Of a stretch of 51,343 bases of DNA, positions 38,633 through 47,946 are shown piece after piece (the first letter of the stretch is position 1; each line of letters starts with the position of its first letter). A model generated the notes under the pieces. That model made no database searches. It worked only from the letters and a program-made list of their open reading frames with translations, and had not been told where the DNA came from. A program made the position numbers and the translations under genes. The DNA lies in assembly GCA_016876055.1 (NCBI GenBank), contig VHDM01000001.1, positions 1 to 51,343 of the forward strand, in the 5' to 3' direction. Source of the stretch: Verrucomicrobiota bacterium. GTDB lineage: Bacteria; Verrucomicrobiota; Verrucomicrobiia; Methylacidiphilales; Verrucolacustridaceae.

Positions 38633-39943
38633 TTAGCGGCCGAGTTGGCGGGCCCGGGCAAGTGCGGTTTCCCGGTCGGCGAATTTTCCTTCCAGCTGCT
38701 CGTCCATGAGTTGAGCCAACATCTCGCCCATTTTTGGTCCCGGGGGGATGCCGATTTCCTGTAGATCGTGACCGGTGACGAGGGGCTGCGGCTTAATTTC
38801 CTCCTTGGAAAATTCGGACTGTTTGGCGATCAGAAAGCGGTGGATGTCCAGTTCGCCGTGACTGGCGGTGCAGTCAGCCCGGTGCAACTCCAGTTCCTCG
38901 GCAAAGGTGGGTCGGGCCAAGAGCCGCTTCAGGGTGCTCACCCGCATCTGCGGGGCATCCTTAAAGGCCATGTGGTTGGCGATGCAGGCGACGATGGCCC
39001 CAACATCGTCATTGGAAAAGCGGAGCCGACGCAAAATCTCCTCGGCCATCCGGGCGCCAACTCCTTCATGGCCAAAGAAACGGATCCTTCCGGACGGTTC
39101 GGTGCGGGAGGTGCGGGGCTTGCCGACATCGTGCAATAGCGCGGAAAGGGCGAGCACAGGGGAAGGATTTTTCAGGTGAGTAAGGAGCAGTCGCGTATGG
39201 ACCCAAACGTCACCCTCGGGATGGTGTTCGGGGGATTGGGCGCAGCCGCGCATTTCCAGGAGTTCCGGCAACCAAACGGCGATCAGGCCGGAGTCGTGCA
39301 GCAGGTCCAGGCCACGGGCCGGATCAGCGCTGGTGAAAATTTTCACCAACTCGTCCCGGACGCGTTCGGGAGCAAGGTTTTTGGATTCCGGAGTAAGACC
39401 GACCAGGGCCTTCCAAGTGTTGGTTTCGATCGTGAAACCCAGCTGGACGGCGAAACGGATGGCGCGGAAGAGGCGCAGGCGATCCTCGGTGAAGCGGGAA
39501 GCGGGATCGCCGATGGCGCGGATGGTTTTGGCATCGAGATCGGCGCGCCCTTGGACGTAATCCAGCACCGTGTTCTTCAGCGGATCGAAGAACATGCCGT
39601 TAACGGTGAAGTCGCGTCGTTTGGCGTCTTCCTCGGCGGTGGTGAAAGTGACCGAGGAGGGACGGCGACCGTCGAGGTAAGGGCCATCCACGCGGAAGGT
39701 GGCGATTTCAAAGACAGGGTCGCCTTGCTTGAGCCGGATGACGCCGAAGGCCTTGCCTTGGGGGTCCGAAGCCTTCGGGAAGATTGTTTGCACTTGGTCC
39801 GGCGTGGCGGAGGTGGCGATGTCGATATCGGGGTAGGGCCGGTTCAGTAAGGCGTCGCGGACACAGCCGCCGGCGTAGACGGCTTGGTGGCCAGCCTCAG
39901 CAAGGCGGCGGACCACGGCTTCGGCTTGGGGGTGGCGGATCAT
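38633..39943 (-). CDS. cca: CCA tRNA nucleotidyltransferase with HD domain
   Basis: GGCVRD, DIDIAT, RRDFTVN, EDRLRLFR, HHPEGDV and LLHDVGK. Confidence 0.9.
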   Translation of the reverse strand: MIRHPQAEAVVRRLAEAGHQAVYAGGCVRDALLNRPYPDIDIATSATPDQVQTIFPKASDPQGKAFGVIRLKQGDPVFEIATFRVDGPYLDGRRPSSVTFTTAEEDAKRRDFTVNGMFFDPLKNTVLDYVQGRADLDAKTIRAIGDPASRFTEDRLRLFRAIRFAVQLGFTIETNTWKALVGLTPESKNLAPERVRDELVKIFTSADPARGLDLLHDSGLIAVWLPELLEMRGCAQSPEHHPEGDVWVHTRLLLTHLKNPSPVLALSALLHDVGKPRTSRTEPSGRIRFFGHEGVGARMAEEILRRLRFSNDDVGAIVACIANHMAFKDAPQMRVSTLKRLLARPTFAEELELHRADCTASHGELDIHRFLIAKQSEFSKEEIKPQPLVTGHDLQEIGIPPGPKMGEMLAQLMDEQLEGKFADRETALARARQLGR

Positions 39944-40926
39944 TTTTTTCCCGGAGATTTCAGGGTGAGGTAGGCAAGGCCCCCGAAGAGGCCCCAAAAA
40001 AGTCCCAGACCGTAAATGAGCAGGGAGTAGGCAAGGGCGGACTCGGCTTCTTGGCTGATGCCCAAATGAGTGAAGAGGAAAATCATGACTCCTTCGCGAA
40101 CACCATGCCCGCTGACGCTGATGGGCAGGGCGGCGGCGGAAAAGACGAGGAGAAGGATCAGGCCGGCGAGGGCGTAGTCAATGGGCAGGCCGAGGGAGCG
40201 AGCGAGGAGCGTGGCGGCGCCGAAGCTAAAGAGGTGAACGGCGATGGCCACCAGAACGGTGGCCACGGTGGTCCAGCCGCCGTGCATCGTGTCGCGCAGG
40301 CCGTGGAGCAGGTCGAGGACCACGGTGCGGCCGGGCAGTTTGGCCGGGAGCGGCAGGTTGGGAAGAAGGCCGGGGATGACGAAGCCGAGCACCAGGAGCG
40401 CGGCTCCGGTGGGTCCCAGCCACGGGATGGCCTGGGCCAGAGGAGCAAACGTGGGATCTTGGGCCAAGCGGGAGGCGGTGGCGGGAAGCAAGGCCAGGGC
40501 CAAACCAAAGAGCACCGCCACGCCAAAGACGCGGTCGAGCAGGATGGCGAGGGCGGAGCGGGCCTTGCGATCCGGGAACCAGCGGATCAGATAATAAAGG
40601 CGGATGGCATCGCCCCCGGTGGAGCCGATAAGGAAGAGGTTGAAAAAAAAGCCAACGAAGGTGAGATGAAGGGCGCGGAACAGAGGAAGCTGGATGTTTT
40701 GGAGCCGGAGGAGGAACCAAAACCGGACCCCGCATAGTAAAATCGAGGCCAGGGTCAGAAAAAGAGCGGCGGTGAGCCCGGCAGGATCGGCGGACAGAAA
40801 TCGTTGGCCCAGTTGGGCCCAGTTCACCTTGCCGGCGAGGAAGCCAAGGATGCCGGCGGTGACGGCCACCCGGATCCAGGGGGCGAGTCGGCTCAGGAGC
40901 GTGCGGGCTGGTTTTTCTTCCACCAT
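39940..40926 (-). CDS. Lysylphosphatidylglycerol synthase TM / flippase-like protein (UPF0104)
   Basis: FFNLFLIGSTGGDAIR, LDR and PISVSGHGVRE. Confidence 0.85.
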   Translation of the reverse strand: MVEEKPARTLLSRLAPWIRVAVTAGILGFLAGKVNWAQLGQRFLSADPAGLTAALFLTLASILLCGVRFWFLLRLQNIQLPLFRALHLTFVGFFFNLFLIGSTGGDAIRLYYLIRWFPDRKARSALAILLDRVFGVAVLFGLALALLPATASRLAQDPTFAPLAQAIPWLGPTGAALLVLGFVIPGLLPNLPLPAKLPGRTVVLDLLHGLRDTMHGGWTTVATVLVAIAVHLFSFGAATLLARSLGLPIDYALAGLILLLVFSAAALPISVSGHGVREGVMIFLFTHLGISQEAESALAYSLLIYGLGLFWGLFGGLAYLTLKSPGKK

Positions 40927-41819
40927 GCGAGACTGGCACGAACGTCCTCGGCGGACACATCCGGAGATAATTCGAGGGAGACGTGGGCGGCCCGCGGCAG
41001 CAGGGGCAGGAGGCGGGCGAAAGGAATCGTGCCCTGCCCGAGGGGAAGGTGGTCACCATCCTCGGGGTGGTAATCGTGGAGATGGGCGCCGATCAGGCGC
41101 GGGGCAAGGCGGCGAAGGTGCTGCTCGTGATCGATGAGACCCAGGTTTTCCTTGGCGGCGGCGTGGCCAAAGTCGTGCCAATAGCCGAAGGTGGGGGCGG
41201 GAAGCTTTTGGAGGATGTCCTCCCAAAAATCATCCGGAGGGATTTCCCAAAGATTTTCGCGGCATTCCAGGCCCAACTGCAGGCCCAAGGCGGCGGCCTT
41301 TTCGCCGATTCGAAGAAGAAGGGTCTCCACGCGGGGCCAGATCCCAGCGAAGGCGGTCTCCATTGTACGAAGGGCTTGGATTTTTTTCCGGACAAACCCC
41401 CGTGAGCCGATCTTTCCGGCCGCCAGGAGGGGTTCGAGTTTTTTCTTGGGCCGCCGCGGCCCGGCGGAGCCGAGGTGAAGAACGACACGTTTTGCACCGA
41501 CGGCGGCGGCCGCCTTGAGGGTCTCCACAGTGTGGCGTTCGGCAAGACGGCGGGCGGGCTCCCGGGGATCGGAAAATTCGTAGGCATTGGGATGGGGCCG
41601 CGGGAGCTCGACCGGGACGGGGCAGAAGTTATGGAGAGTCTCGATGCGGGGCGCACCGGGTTGGCGGTGGGCGGAAAGGATGCCGGGCCAAAGGCTGAAG
41701 CGGGTGTTGTGACTGAGTTCGACCGAGGAAAAACCGAGGGCGGAAGCCTCTTGCAGGAGCGCGGTGCCGTTGGGAACGCGGTCGGCATGCCAGCAGGTGG
41801 ACAGGGCGAGGTTCGACAC
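40893..41819 (-). CDS. Sugar phosphate isomerase/epimerase (AP endonuclease 2 TIM barrel)
   Basis: LHNFCP, VVLHLG, WHDFGH, HLHD and DHLPLGQG. Confidence 0.82.
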   Translation of the reverse strand: MSNLALSTCWHADRVPNGTALLQEASALGFSSVELSHNTRFSLWPGILSAHRQPGAPRIETLHNFCPVPVELPRPHPNAYEFSDPREPARRLAERHTVETLKAAAAVGAKRVVLHLGSAGPRRPKKKLEPLLAAGKIGSRGFVRKKIQALRTMETAFAGIWPRVETLLLRIGEKAAALGLQLGLECRENLWEIPPDDFWEDILQKLPAPTFGYWHDFGHAAAKENLGLIDHEQHLRRLAPRLIGAHLHDYHPEDGDHLPLGQGTIPFARLLPLLPRAAHVSLELSPDVSAEDVRASLAWWKKNQPARS

Positions 41820-41934
41820 CGGGGTATTTTCCAACCGACCCTGAGGAAGGGCGATGCAAAAGCGAGCAGCGCCAGCGCAAAAATCCTGCCTTGGGGTTTG
41901 AATGTTGCGGCCGGGGGTGGGAAAATCCCTGCTT

Positions 41935-42204
41935 ATGGTGGCAAAAAAAATTCTGTATGAGGGGCGGGTGCAGGGCGTGGGATTCCGTTTTGGCGTACGC
42001 CAGATCGCGGAGGGTTTTGCAGTGGCTGGCTATGCGGCCAACCTGCCCGACGGAAGGGTGGAAGTGCTCTTGCAGGGGGAACGGGGCGAGGTGGAGGGCA
42101 TGGAAAAGGAAATTGCCGTGAGCCATCTGGAGGGGTTTATCCGGAAGCAGGAGGCGGAGGAGGTGGCGGTGGAGGGCGGAAAAAAAGGGTTTCAGATCCG
42201 ATGA
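41935..42204 (+). CDS. acyP: Acylphosphatase
   Basis: GRVQGVGFR and NLPDGRVE. Confidence 0.93.
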   Translation: MVAKKILYEGRVQGVGFRFGVRQIAEGFAVAGYAANLPDGRVEVLLQGERGEVEGMEKEIAVSHLEGFIRKQEAEEVAVEGGKKGFQIR

Positions 42205-43055
42205 GCGCGGCCGTTTGGACGCAGTCGCTCCGCAAGGAGTTCACGTTGGGTTGGGGACGTGGCCGGGTGCTGGCGGTTGAGGGACTCGACTTGGAGATCA
42301 AGCGGGGCGAGGTGTTCGGCCTGCTGGGTCCCAACGGCAGCGGCAAAAGTACGGCGATGAAAATGATCCTGGGATTGCTGCGGCCAACCGCGGGGCGGGC
42401 CGAGGTTTGCGGGAACCTGGCCGGGACGCTGGCGGCCCGAAAGCAGATCGGCTTTCTTCCGGAAAATCCGTATTTCCCCGCGTTTCTTTCTGGTTTGGAA
42501 CTGGTGCGGTACTACGGAAAACTTTGTGGCCTGGGCGGGAAAGCTTTGGAGGGCAGGGTTGCGGAGTTGCTCTCGCTGGTCCGGCTGGGAGGTGAGGCGG
42601 GCCGGCGGCCTCTGCGGACTTATTCCAAAGGCATGCTGCAGCGGGCTGGCTTGGCGGGAGCCCTCGTCAGTGATCCGGAAATCGTCATGCTGGATGAGCC
42701 GACGGCGGGTGTGGATCCGGCCGGCTCGCGGGAAATTCGTGATTTGATCCGGGAATTGAAGGAACGGGGCAAAACGGTGATTTTTTCGAGCCATCTGCTG
42801 GAGCAGGTCGAGGATGTGGCGGATCGGGTGGTCATTCTGCACCGGGGCCAGAAGCTGCGGGAGGGAAGGCTGGAGGATTTACTCACCATGTCGGGAGAGT
42901 GGCAGGTGCGCGCAAGGGGGCTCGGGGAGGCCCAGCGCCGGGAGTTGCATGCCTGGTTGGTCCAACACGGGGCCGAGGTGTTGGGGGAGGGCTCGCCGCG
43001 GGAGCGGTTGGAGGACTATTTTCTGCGCAACCTTCCGGAAAGGGAACGGCGATGA
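42201..43055 (+). CDS. ABC transporter ATP-binding protein (PilH-like)
   Basis: GPNGSGKST, GFLPENPYF, YSKGMLQR and LDEPT. Confidence 0.93.
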   Translation: MSAAVWTQSLRKEFTLGWGRGRVLAVEGLDLEIKRGEVFGLLGPNGSGKSTAMKMILGLLRPTAGRAEVCGNLAGTLAARKQIGFLPENPYFPAFLSGLELVRYYGKLCGLGGKALEGRVAELLSLVRLGGEAGRRPLRTYSKGMLQRAGLAGALVSDPEIVMLDEPTAGVDPAGSREIRDLIRELKERGKTVIFSSHLLEQVEDVADRVVILHRGQKLREGRLEDLLTMSGEWQVRARGLGEAQRRELHAWLVQHGAEVLGEGSPRERLEDYFLRNLPERERR

Positions 43056-43897
43056 GGGAGAGTTGGCGGAGGATCCGGGCGGTGGCGGAAAACACTTTTT
43101 TGGAAGCGGTGCGGCAAAAGGTTTTTGCGGTGCTGCTGGTTTTTGCCCTGGTGTTGTTGGGCGGGGCCAATTACTTCGCGGAGTTTTCTTTTCAGGAGCA
43201 GTTCAAATTCCTGAAAGATCTTGGCTATGCGACGATCAGTCTGACGGGTCTGTTGGTCGGTTTATTAGGGGCGGCGCAACTGATCCCGGCGGAAATTGAG
43301 CGACGGACCATCCTGACCGCCCTCTGCCGGCCGTTGCGGCGGTGGGAGTTTGTGGTGGGAAAATACTTGGGCTTGGTGGCCCTGCTGGCGGTGATGTTAG
43401 CGATCATGGGCGCCGTCTTTTGGGCGGTGCTCCGGTGGAAGGAGGCCCAGTTGATCGGGCTGGAGGGTGGGGAAGCCGGGGTGGTCCAGGCCATTCAGGC
43501 GGAGTCCCGCGATCCGCGGCTTTGGCAGGCGTTTGCCCTGATGGGGGCCAAACTGTTTGTGGTATGCGGCCTGGCGGTTTTTTTTAGCACGTTGGCGACC
43601 TCGACAACCTTCGTGGTGGCGATGACCCTGCTGGTTTATCTGATCGGGCACCTGCAAAGTGTGGCGCGGGAGCAGTGGTTGGAATCCGGCGAAAAAGCCG
43701 CGTGGTTTATCCAGCTGTTTCTGGCGGCGGTGGCCCTGCTCGTGCCGGATTTCAACCTTTACAGCCTGATTGATGAAATTGTGGCGGGCAATGTGGTGCC
43801 CTGGCGGGCCACGTTGGAGGTGTTGGCTTATTCCGTTGCCTATGTGGCGGTGCTGTTGGCGGCAGCGGCCTGCCTTTTTGAGGAAAGGGATTTGTGA
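43052..43897 (+). CDS. ABC transporter permease (PilI-like)
   Basis: NTFLEAVRQK and EIERRTILT...P..RWEFVVGKYLG; six TM helices; ends FEERDL. Confidence 0.85.
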   Translation: MRESWRRIRAVAENTFLEAVRQKVFAVLLVFALVLLGGANYFAEFSFQEQFKFLKDLGYATISLTGLLVGLLGAAQLIPAEIERRTILTALCRPLRRWEFVVGKYLGLVALLAVMLAIMGAVFWAVLRWKEAQLIGLEGGEAGVVQAIQAESRDPRLWQAFALMGAKLFVVCGLAVFFSTLATSTTFVVAMTLLVYLIGHLQSVAREQWLESGEKAAWFIQLFLAAVALLVPDFNLYSLIDEIVAGNVVPWRATLEVLAYSVAYVAVLLAAAACLFEERDL

Positions 43898-44664
43898 GCC
43901 GGGTGGTTGCGCTGGCGTTGGCGGGTGGGCTGATCTTGGGTTGGGGGATCGGTAAGCTGCCGTGGGAAATCCGAATGACCAAAGAGCAGCGGCTGGCCAC
44001 GGTGGGGTTCCCGGGGCCCACCGCGGTGGCGGTCCGGGAAAAGTTGGGGCAAGGGCTGGTGTTGGCCGCGTTGGGGGGATTCCGCGGGTTGGCGGCCAAT
44101 GCCCTGATGTTGCAGGCGCACGGGGCCTGGGAAGAAAAGCAGTGGGTCCGGGTGCGGAGTGCGCTGGAGCTGGCGACCCTACTCCAGCCACGGGTGGCGC
44201 TGTTTTGGGATCTGGCTTCATGGCACCTGGCCTGGAATGCGGCGGTGGCGGCGGAGCGTTATGAGGGGTTGGAAAGTGAGACGCGCAGGCGGATTGAGGC
44301 AAGGAAGTGGGTGGAGGCGGGAAGAGAACTGCTGGAACGAGGCACCCGGGCGGTTCCCGAGAAGGCGCTTTTGTTCCAACGACTGGGAGATCTGTATTGG
44401 CAACGGTTGTCGGATTATCAGGCGGCGGCGGTCTGCTACCGGGCGGCTTTGACCAAAGGAGATGTGCCGCCGTATTTGGAACGTTTTGTTGGGTACGCCC
44501 TCGACAAGGCGGGGGACAAAAAAGCGGCCTTGGCCTATTTCCAGGAACTGCGCCGGACGATGGGAGAAAACCCCGATCCGGCCCGCCAACCCGAGGTAGT
44601 GGAACGGGAGATGCAGAGGCTTACAAAGGAACTCCGCACCTCTCCAAACGGAAAGCGCCCGTGA
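43894..44664 (+). CDS. Membrane-anchored TPR-like helical protein
   Basis: N-terminal TM, LGGFRGLAANAL, WHLAWN, helical repeats; coupled to neighbours by GTGA overlaps. Confidence 0.7.
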   Translation: MSRVVALALAGGLILGWGIGKLPWEIRMTKEQRLATVGFPGPTAVAVREKLGQGLVLAALGGFRGLAANALMLQAHGAWEEKQWVRVRSALELATLLQPRVALFWDLASWHLAWNAAVAAERYEGLESETRRRIEARKWVEAGRELLERGTRAVPEKALLFQRLGDLYWQRLSDYQAAAVCYRAALTKGDVPPYLERFVGYALDKAGDKKAALAYFQELRRTMGENPDPARQPEVVEREMQRLTKELRTSPNGKRP

Positions 44665-45398
44665 AATACGGGATTTTCGGCGACATTCACGGAAATCTGG
44701 AGGCTTTGGAGGCAGTCCTGGCCGACATGGAAGAGCAGGGGGTCACGCATCCCCTTTGTTTGGGGGATCTGGTGGGGTACGGCGCCAACCCGGCGGAGTG
44801 CCTTGAGGTGGTGCGGGCGATGGGCTGCCCCGTGGTGCGGGGCAACCACGACGATCTGGTTCCTTCCGGGAAAGCCCCGCATGCCTTTTCCGAAGCGGCG
44901 AAACAGGCTTTGGAATACTCCCGGCGGCAGTTGAATCCCGGCCAGCTGAATTATCTCCGGCGGTTGCCGATGATCTGGACGGAGGGCCCGCTCACCCTGG
45001 TCCATGCCACCTTGGATGGACCCGAGTCTTGGGGATACATTTCCACTCGTCTGGAGGCGCAGACCTCCTTTTTTTACCAAAAAAGCCTGCTTTCCTTTGT
45101 GGGTCACACACACCGGCCGTGCGCCTTCGCCCAGGAGAACGAGGTCCGCCCATTGGAATTTCGCCGAGTGGATGTGCACCCTGATCGAAGCAAGGCGGGT
45201 CGCAAATTTCTCTTTAACGTGGGATCGGTAGGGCAACCTCGAGACGGGGATTGGCGTGCTGCTTATGCCCTTTTTTGTCCGGAAGAGTACTGGGTGGACC
45301 TTCGAAGGGTGGGGTATCCCGTTGAAAAAGCCTCCGCAAAAATCCTAAAGGCGGGTTTGCCTGAATCACTTTCCAAACGCTTGTTTAAAGGAGAATAA
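44661..45398 (+). CDS. Calcineurin-like metallophosphoesterase
   Basis: GDIHGN, LGDLVGYG, RGNHD, GHTH and NVGSVGQPRDGD. Confidence 0.92.
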   Translation: MKYGIFGDIHGNLEALEAVLADMEEQGVTHPLCLGDLVGYGANPAECLEVVRAMGCPVVRGNHDDLVPSGKAPHAFSEAAKQALEYSRRQLNPGQLNYLRRLPMIWTEGPLTLVHATLDGPESWGYISTRLEAQTSFFYQKSLLSFVGHTHRPCAFAQENEVRPLEFRRVDVHPDRSKAGRKFLFNVGSVGQPRDGDWRAAYALFCPEEYWVDLRRVGYPVEKASAKILKAGLPESLSKRLFKGE

Positions 45399-45452
45399 AC
45401 AGTTCAAATAGTTACTAAAAAGTTATTTGGGGATAAGAAAACAAATCGTAAC

Positions 45453-45481
45453 TTGACATCCATTACGGCCGTTGGCAAGGT
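45453..45481 (+). promoter_or_regulatory. sigma70-type promoter with AT-rich upstream element
   Basis: Consensus TTGACA-17 nt-(TGG)CAAGGT-6 nt-ATG(45488). Confidence 0.6.
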
Positions 45482-45487
45482 AGGGGG

Positions 45488-46309
45488 ATGAGCAAGGTAG
45501 GTAGAAAAAATATGAGGTGGACGTCTGATCAGGTTTTGGTCGAAATCCGGGCCTGGAAAGACCGAGGTGAGCCTCTCTACGCAAACCATGTCCGCCTGAA
45601 TTTCCAGGAACTCCTTGCGGCCTCCATCCGCTATTTTGGGAGTTGGCAAAAGGCCGTGGAAACGGCCGGAATCCCTTACGATCAGGTCCGCAAGTATCGC
45701 AAATGGTCAAACGAGACCATCATTCAAGAGATTCAAAACCTTCATGGCCGCGGGGTGGATCTTTCCTTCCGCGCGATTGCTCTCAGCCAATACAACTCCA
45801 TGGTTTACGCCGCGATTCGGCCGAAATATTTCGGCAGTTGGAAAGCCGCCCTGGAGGCGGCCGGCCTGGAATCGGAAGAAATTTACCGCTATCGCAGCTG
45901 GGAAGAGACCGACATTCTCGGGGAAATCCGCCGGCTCAAGTCCGAAGGTGCAGATCTCAGTTCCAAGTCCATGGATGAGAAATCGAACCGTCTGATCGCC
46001 ACGGCCCGGCGCCGTTTTGGAAACTGGGGAGCGGCCCTGGAGCGAGCCGGCATCAACTACGACGACGTCCGTCGACGTAAGCGGTGGAGTCGGGAGACTC
46101 TGGTCGAAGGCATCCTCGGCCTTAAGAGACAGGGCATTCCCCTGATTACCCCCGAGGTCAAAAAGGCCAATCCGTCCTTGTTTGCGGCAGCTTGCAAAAA
46201 GCACTTCTTCGGCACGTGGAAAAAAGCACTGCGGGCAGCTCTCCGTGCGGAGCAACTGTCGGAAGCGGCCCCCTTGGCCTCCCCGGTCGGGCCTGCGATT
46301 CTCGCTTAA
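45488..46309 (+). CDS. Protein with four tandem ~62-aa repeats (FGxW..A...AG; like homing-endonuclease-associated repeats)
   Basis: Four units of W-x6/7-I...FG[S/N/T]W..A[LV]..AG; basic; no nuclease motif. Confidence 0.8.
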   Translation: MSKVGRKNMRWTSDQVLVEIRAWKDRGEPLYANHVRLNFQELLAASIRYFGSWQKAVETAGIPYDQVRKYRKWSNETIIQEIQNLHGRGVDLSFRAIALSQYNSMVYAAIRPKYFGSWKAALEAAGLESEEIYRYRSWEETDILGEIRRLKSEGADLSSKSMDEKSNRLIATARRRFGNWGAALERAGINYDDVRRRKRWSRETLVEGILGLKRQGIPLITPEVKKANPSLFAAACKKHFFGTWKKALRAALRAEQLSEAAPLASPVGPAILA

Positions 46310-46372
46310 ATTTTCTTTCCCAGCCGAATCGGCCTTGCTGACAAGGCCCCTTCGCTCATTCTGTTGGACTGC

Positions 46373-47230
46373 ATGAATGCACGCGCGTGGGGAATGGCCT
46401 GTTTTCTGGTTGGCTGGTTGGGCAACAGCCAGGGTGCCTGGGCCCAGCTCGACGTTCGGCTGGAAACCCCCAAATCCTCCTACCTGCAGTACGCTCCGAT
46501 TCCGGTGACCGTGAACTTAAAAAATCTCGGGGGCCAGGAACTTGTCCTCGAAGAAAGCGGAGATCGGCCCTGGCTCGAAATGATCGTGCAGTCCATCGAC
46601 GGTCTCCTGCTGAAACCGGACCGGCCTTTGGCTCCGCCCGCCTTGGTCCTGAAACCAGGGGAGAGTCGGGCCCTGCCACTCGATTTGGCGCCCCATTTTC
46701 TGGTGCGGGAACCGGGCGGGTACCGGGTGAGGGCGTCGGTACGTCCGCCCCAAGGAACTTCCCTGTTGACCGAGCCGTTGCCGTTCTTGGTCGGGCGAGG
46801 GGAGATTATCTGGAGCATGCCCCGGGGGCATGGGAAGGAGCGCCGCATTTTCTCCCTCGTGAAATTCTACGAGGATCCGAACGTGGGTCTTTACCTGCGG
46901 GTGGAGGTTCCGGAACAGAATCTGGTGTTTCCCTCCCGGCGCTTGGGCCCTTTTCTGCCGCTGGGTCAACCGACGGCGGAGTTTGATTCCGAAAACCACC
47001 TCCATTTGCTGTACGCCGTCGGACCCGGGCAGCACCGAATCAGCGTGGTCAATCAGGATGGAAATCCTCTGCGGGAGGAAAATCGGCAGGAAACCCTGGA
47101 AAAACCGAAACTGCGCAAGGGCCCCGATGGCTTGGTGGATGTCGAAGGGGGCACGGTGATTCTGCCTTCCCATTTGCGGGAAAAACTTTCCACCCTTCAA
47201 GCGCGCGCCGGGACGGTTCCCGCGCCCTAA
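46373..47230 (+). CDS. Hypothetical exported beta-rich protein
   Basis: Signal peptide ending AWA|Q; fills the gap between neighbouring genes. Confidence 0.7.
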   Translation: MNARAWGMACFLVGWLGNSQGAWAQLDVRLETPKSSYLQYAPIPVTVNLKNLGGQELVLEESGDRPWLEMIVQSIDGLLLKPDRPLAPPALVLKPGESRALPLDLAPHFLVREPGGYRVRASVRPPQGTSLLTEPLPFLVGRGEIIWSMPRGHGKERRIFSLVKFYEDPNVGLYLRVEVPEQNLVFPSRRLGPFLPLGQPTAEFDSENHLHLLYAVGPGQHRISVVNQDGNPLREENRQETLEKPKLRKGPDGLVDVEGGTVILPSHLREKLSTLQARAGTVPAP

Positions 47231-47246
47231 CCTGAAGCGCAACACC

Positions 47247-47930
47247 TTATAAAACCAACGGCGTGCCCTTGGGCTTTACGGGCTTGAGACGACGAAGCCC
47301 CGATGGGCCGAAGAGCGCCGGATCAAGCGGCGGGGCGAGAAACACCCGGTCCCAGACCCGTTCAAACGCATGGGCGGCATCCGGGAATTCGGCGGCGACG
47401 GCTCGGGCACGCCTATAAAATTCCCGGGGGCGCCGCCAGGCGGCCTCCCGGGAAACCGCAAACTGCCCTCCACCGACATACCGGACTAAACCTGGAGCCG
47501 GTTCCCCCCACAGGCGGTGAAAAAAACCCGCCAAATCCAACTCCCGTCGTTCGGGATTTTTCGACCAGTGGACAAACGTAGGACGGCCGCGGGCATCATC
47601 CGTCTCCCAAAGAAATCCCAGCCAAAGAAAATCCTCCGCCGGGGGCTGCTCCGATGCCAAGCGGCGGAGGACCGAGTGCAGGTCAGGGGCATGGTCAAAG
47701 GGACGCCCTTGGGCAAAGACGGTCCAAGCTGCCAGCGAGGCATAGCGTTCCACCAGGTGGTGGAACCACGCGTGCGCCTCGCGCCCCACATTCGGCAAGC
47801 GAACTGCGCCGGGCCACGGCGCACCGGGGCCAGGGGTTTTGTCGTATACGGTGAGGGGCAGGCCGCGCGGCACGTTCCGGGTCCAGGCCAAATCCTCCCC
47901 GCATCGGCAAACCACAAGTTCGAGCTGCAT
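47247..47930 (-). CDS. DUF3431 domain protein
   Basis: LVVCR..EDLAW, LPNVGREAH...H....Y..LA.WTVF.Q..P..H, QFAVSRE and FERVW. Confidence 0.75.
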   Translation of the reverse strand: MQLELVVCRCGEDLAWTRNVPRGLPLTVYDKTPGPGAPWPGAVRLPNVGREAHAWFHHLVERYASLAAWTVFAQGRPFDHAPDLHSVLRRLASEQPPAEDFLWLGFLWETDDARGRPTFVHWSKNPERRELDLAGFFHRLWGEPAPGLVRYVGGGQFAVSREAAWRRPREFYRRARAVAAEFPDAAHAFERVWDRVFLAPPLDPALFGPSGLRRLKPVKPKGTPLVL

Positions 47931-47946
47931 GGGGCCGAGGAAAAAT

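Noticed and set aside
44307-44660. N-terminal extension of the metallophosphoesterase
   Set aside because: It overlaps the upstream gene. The GTG at 44661 gives a standard overlap just before GDIHGN.
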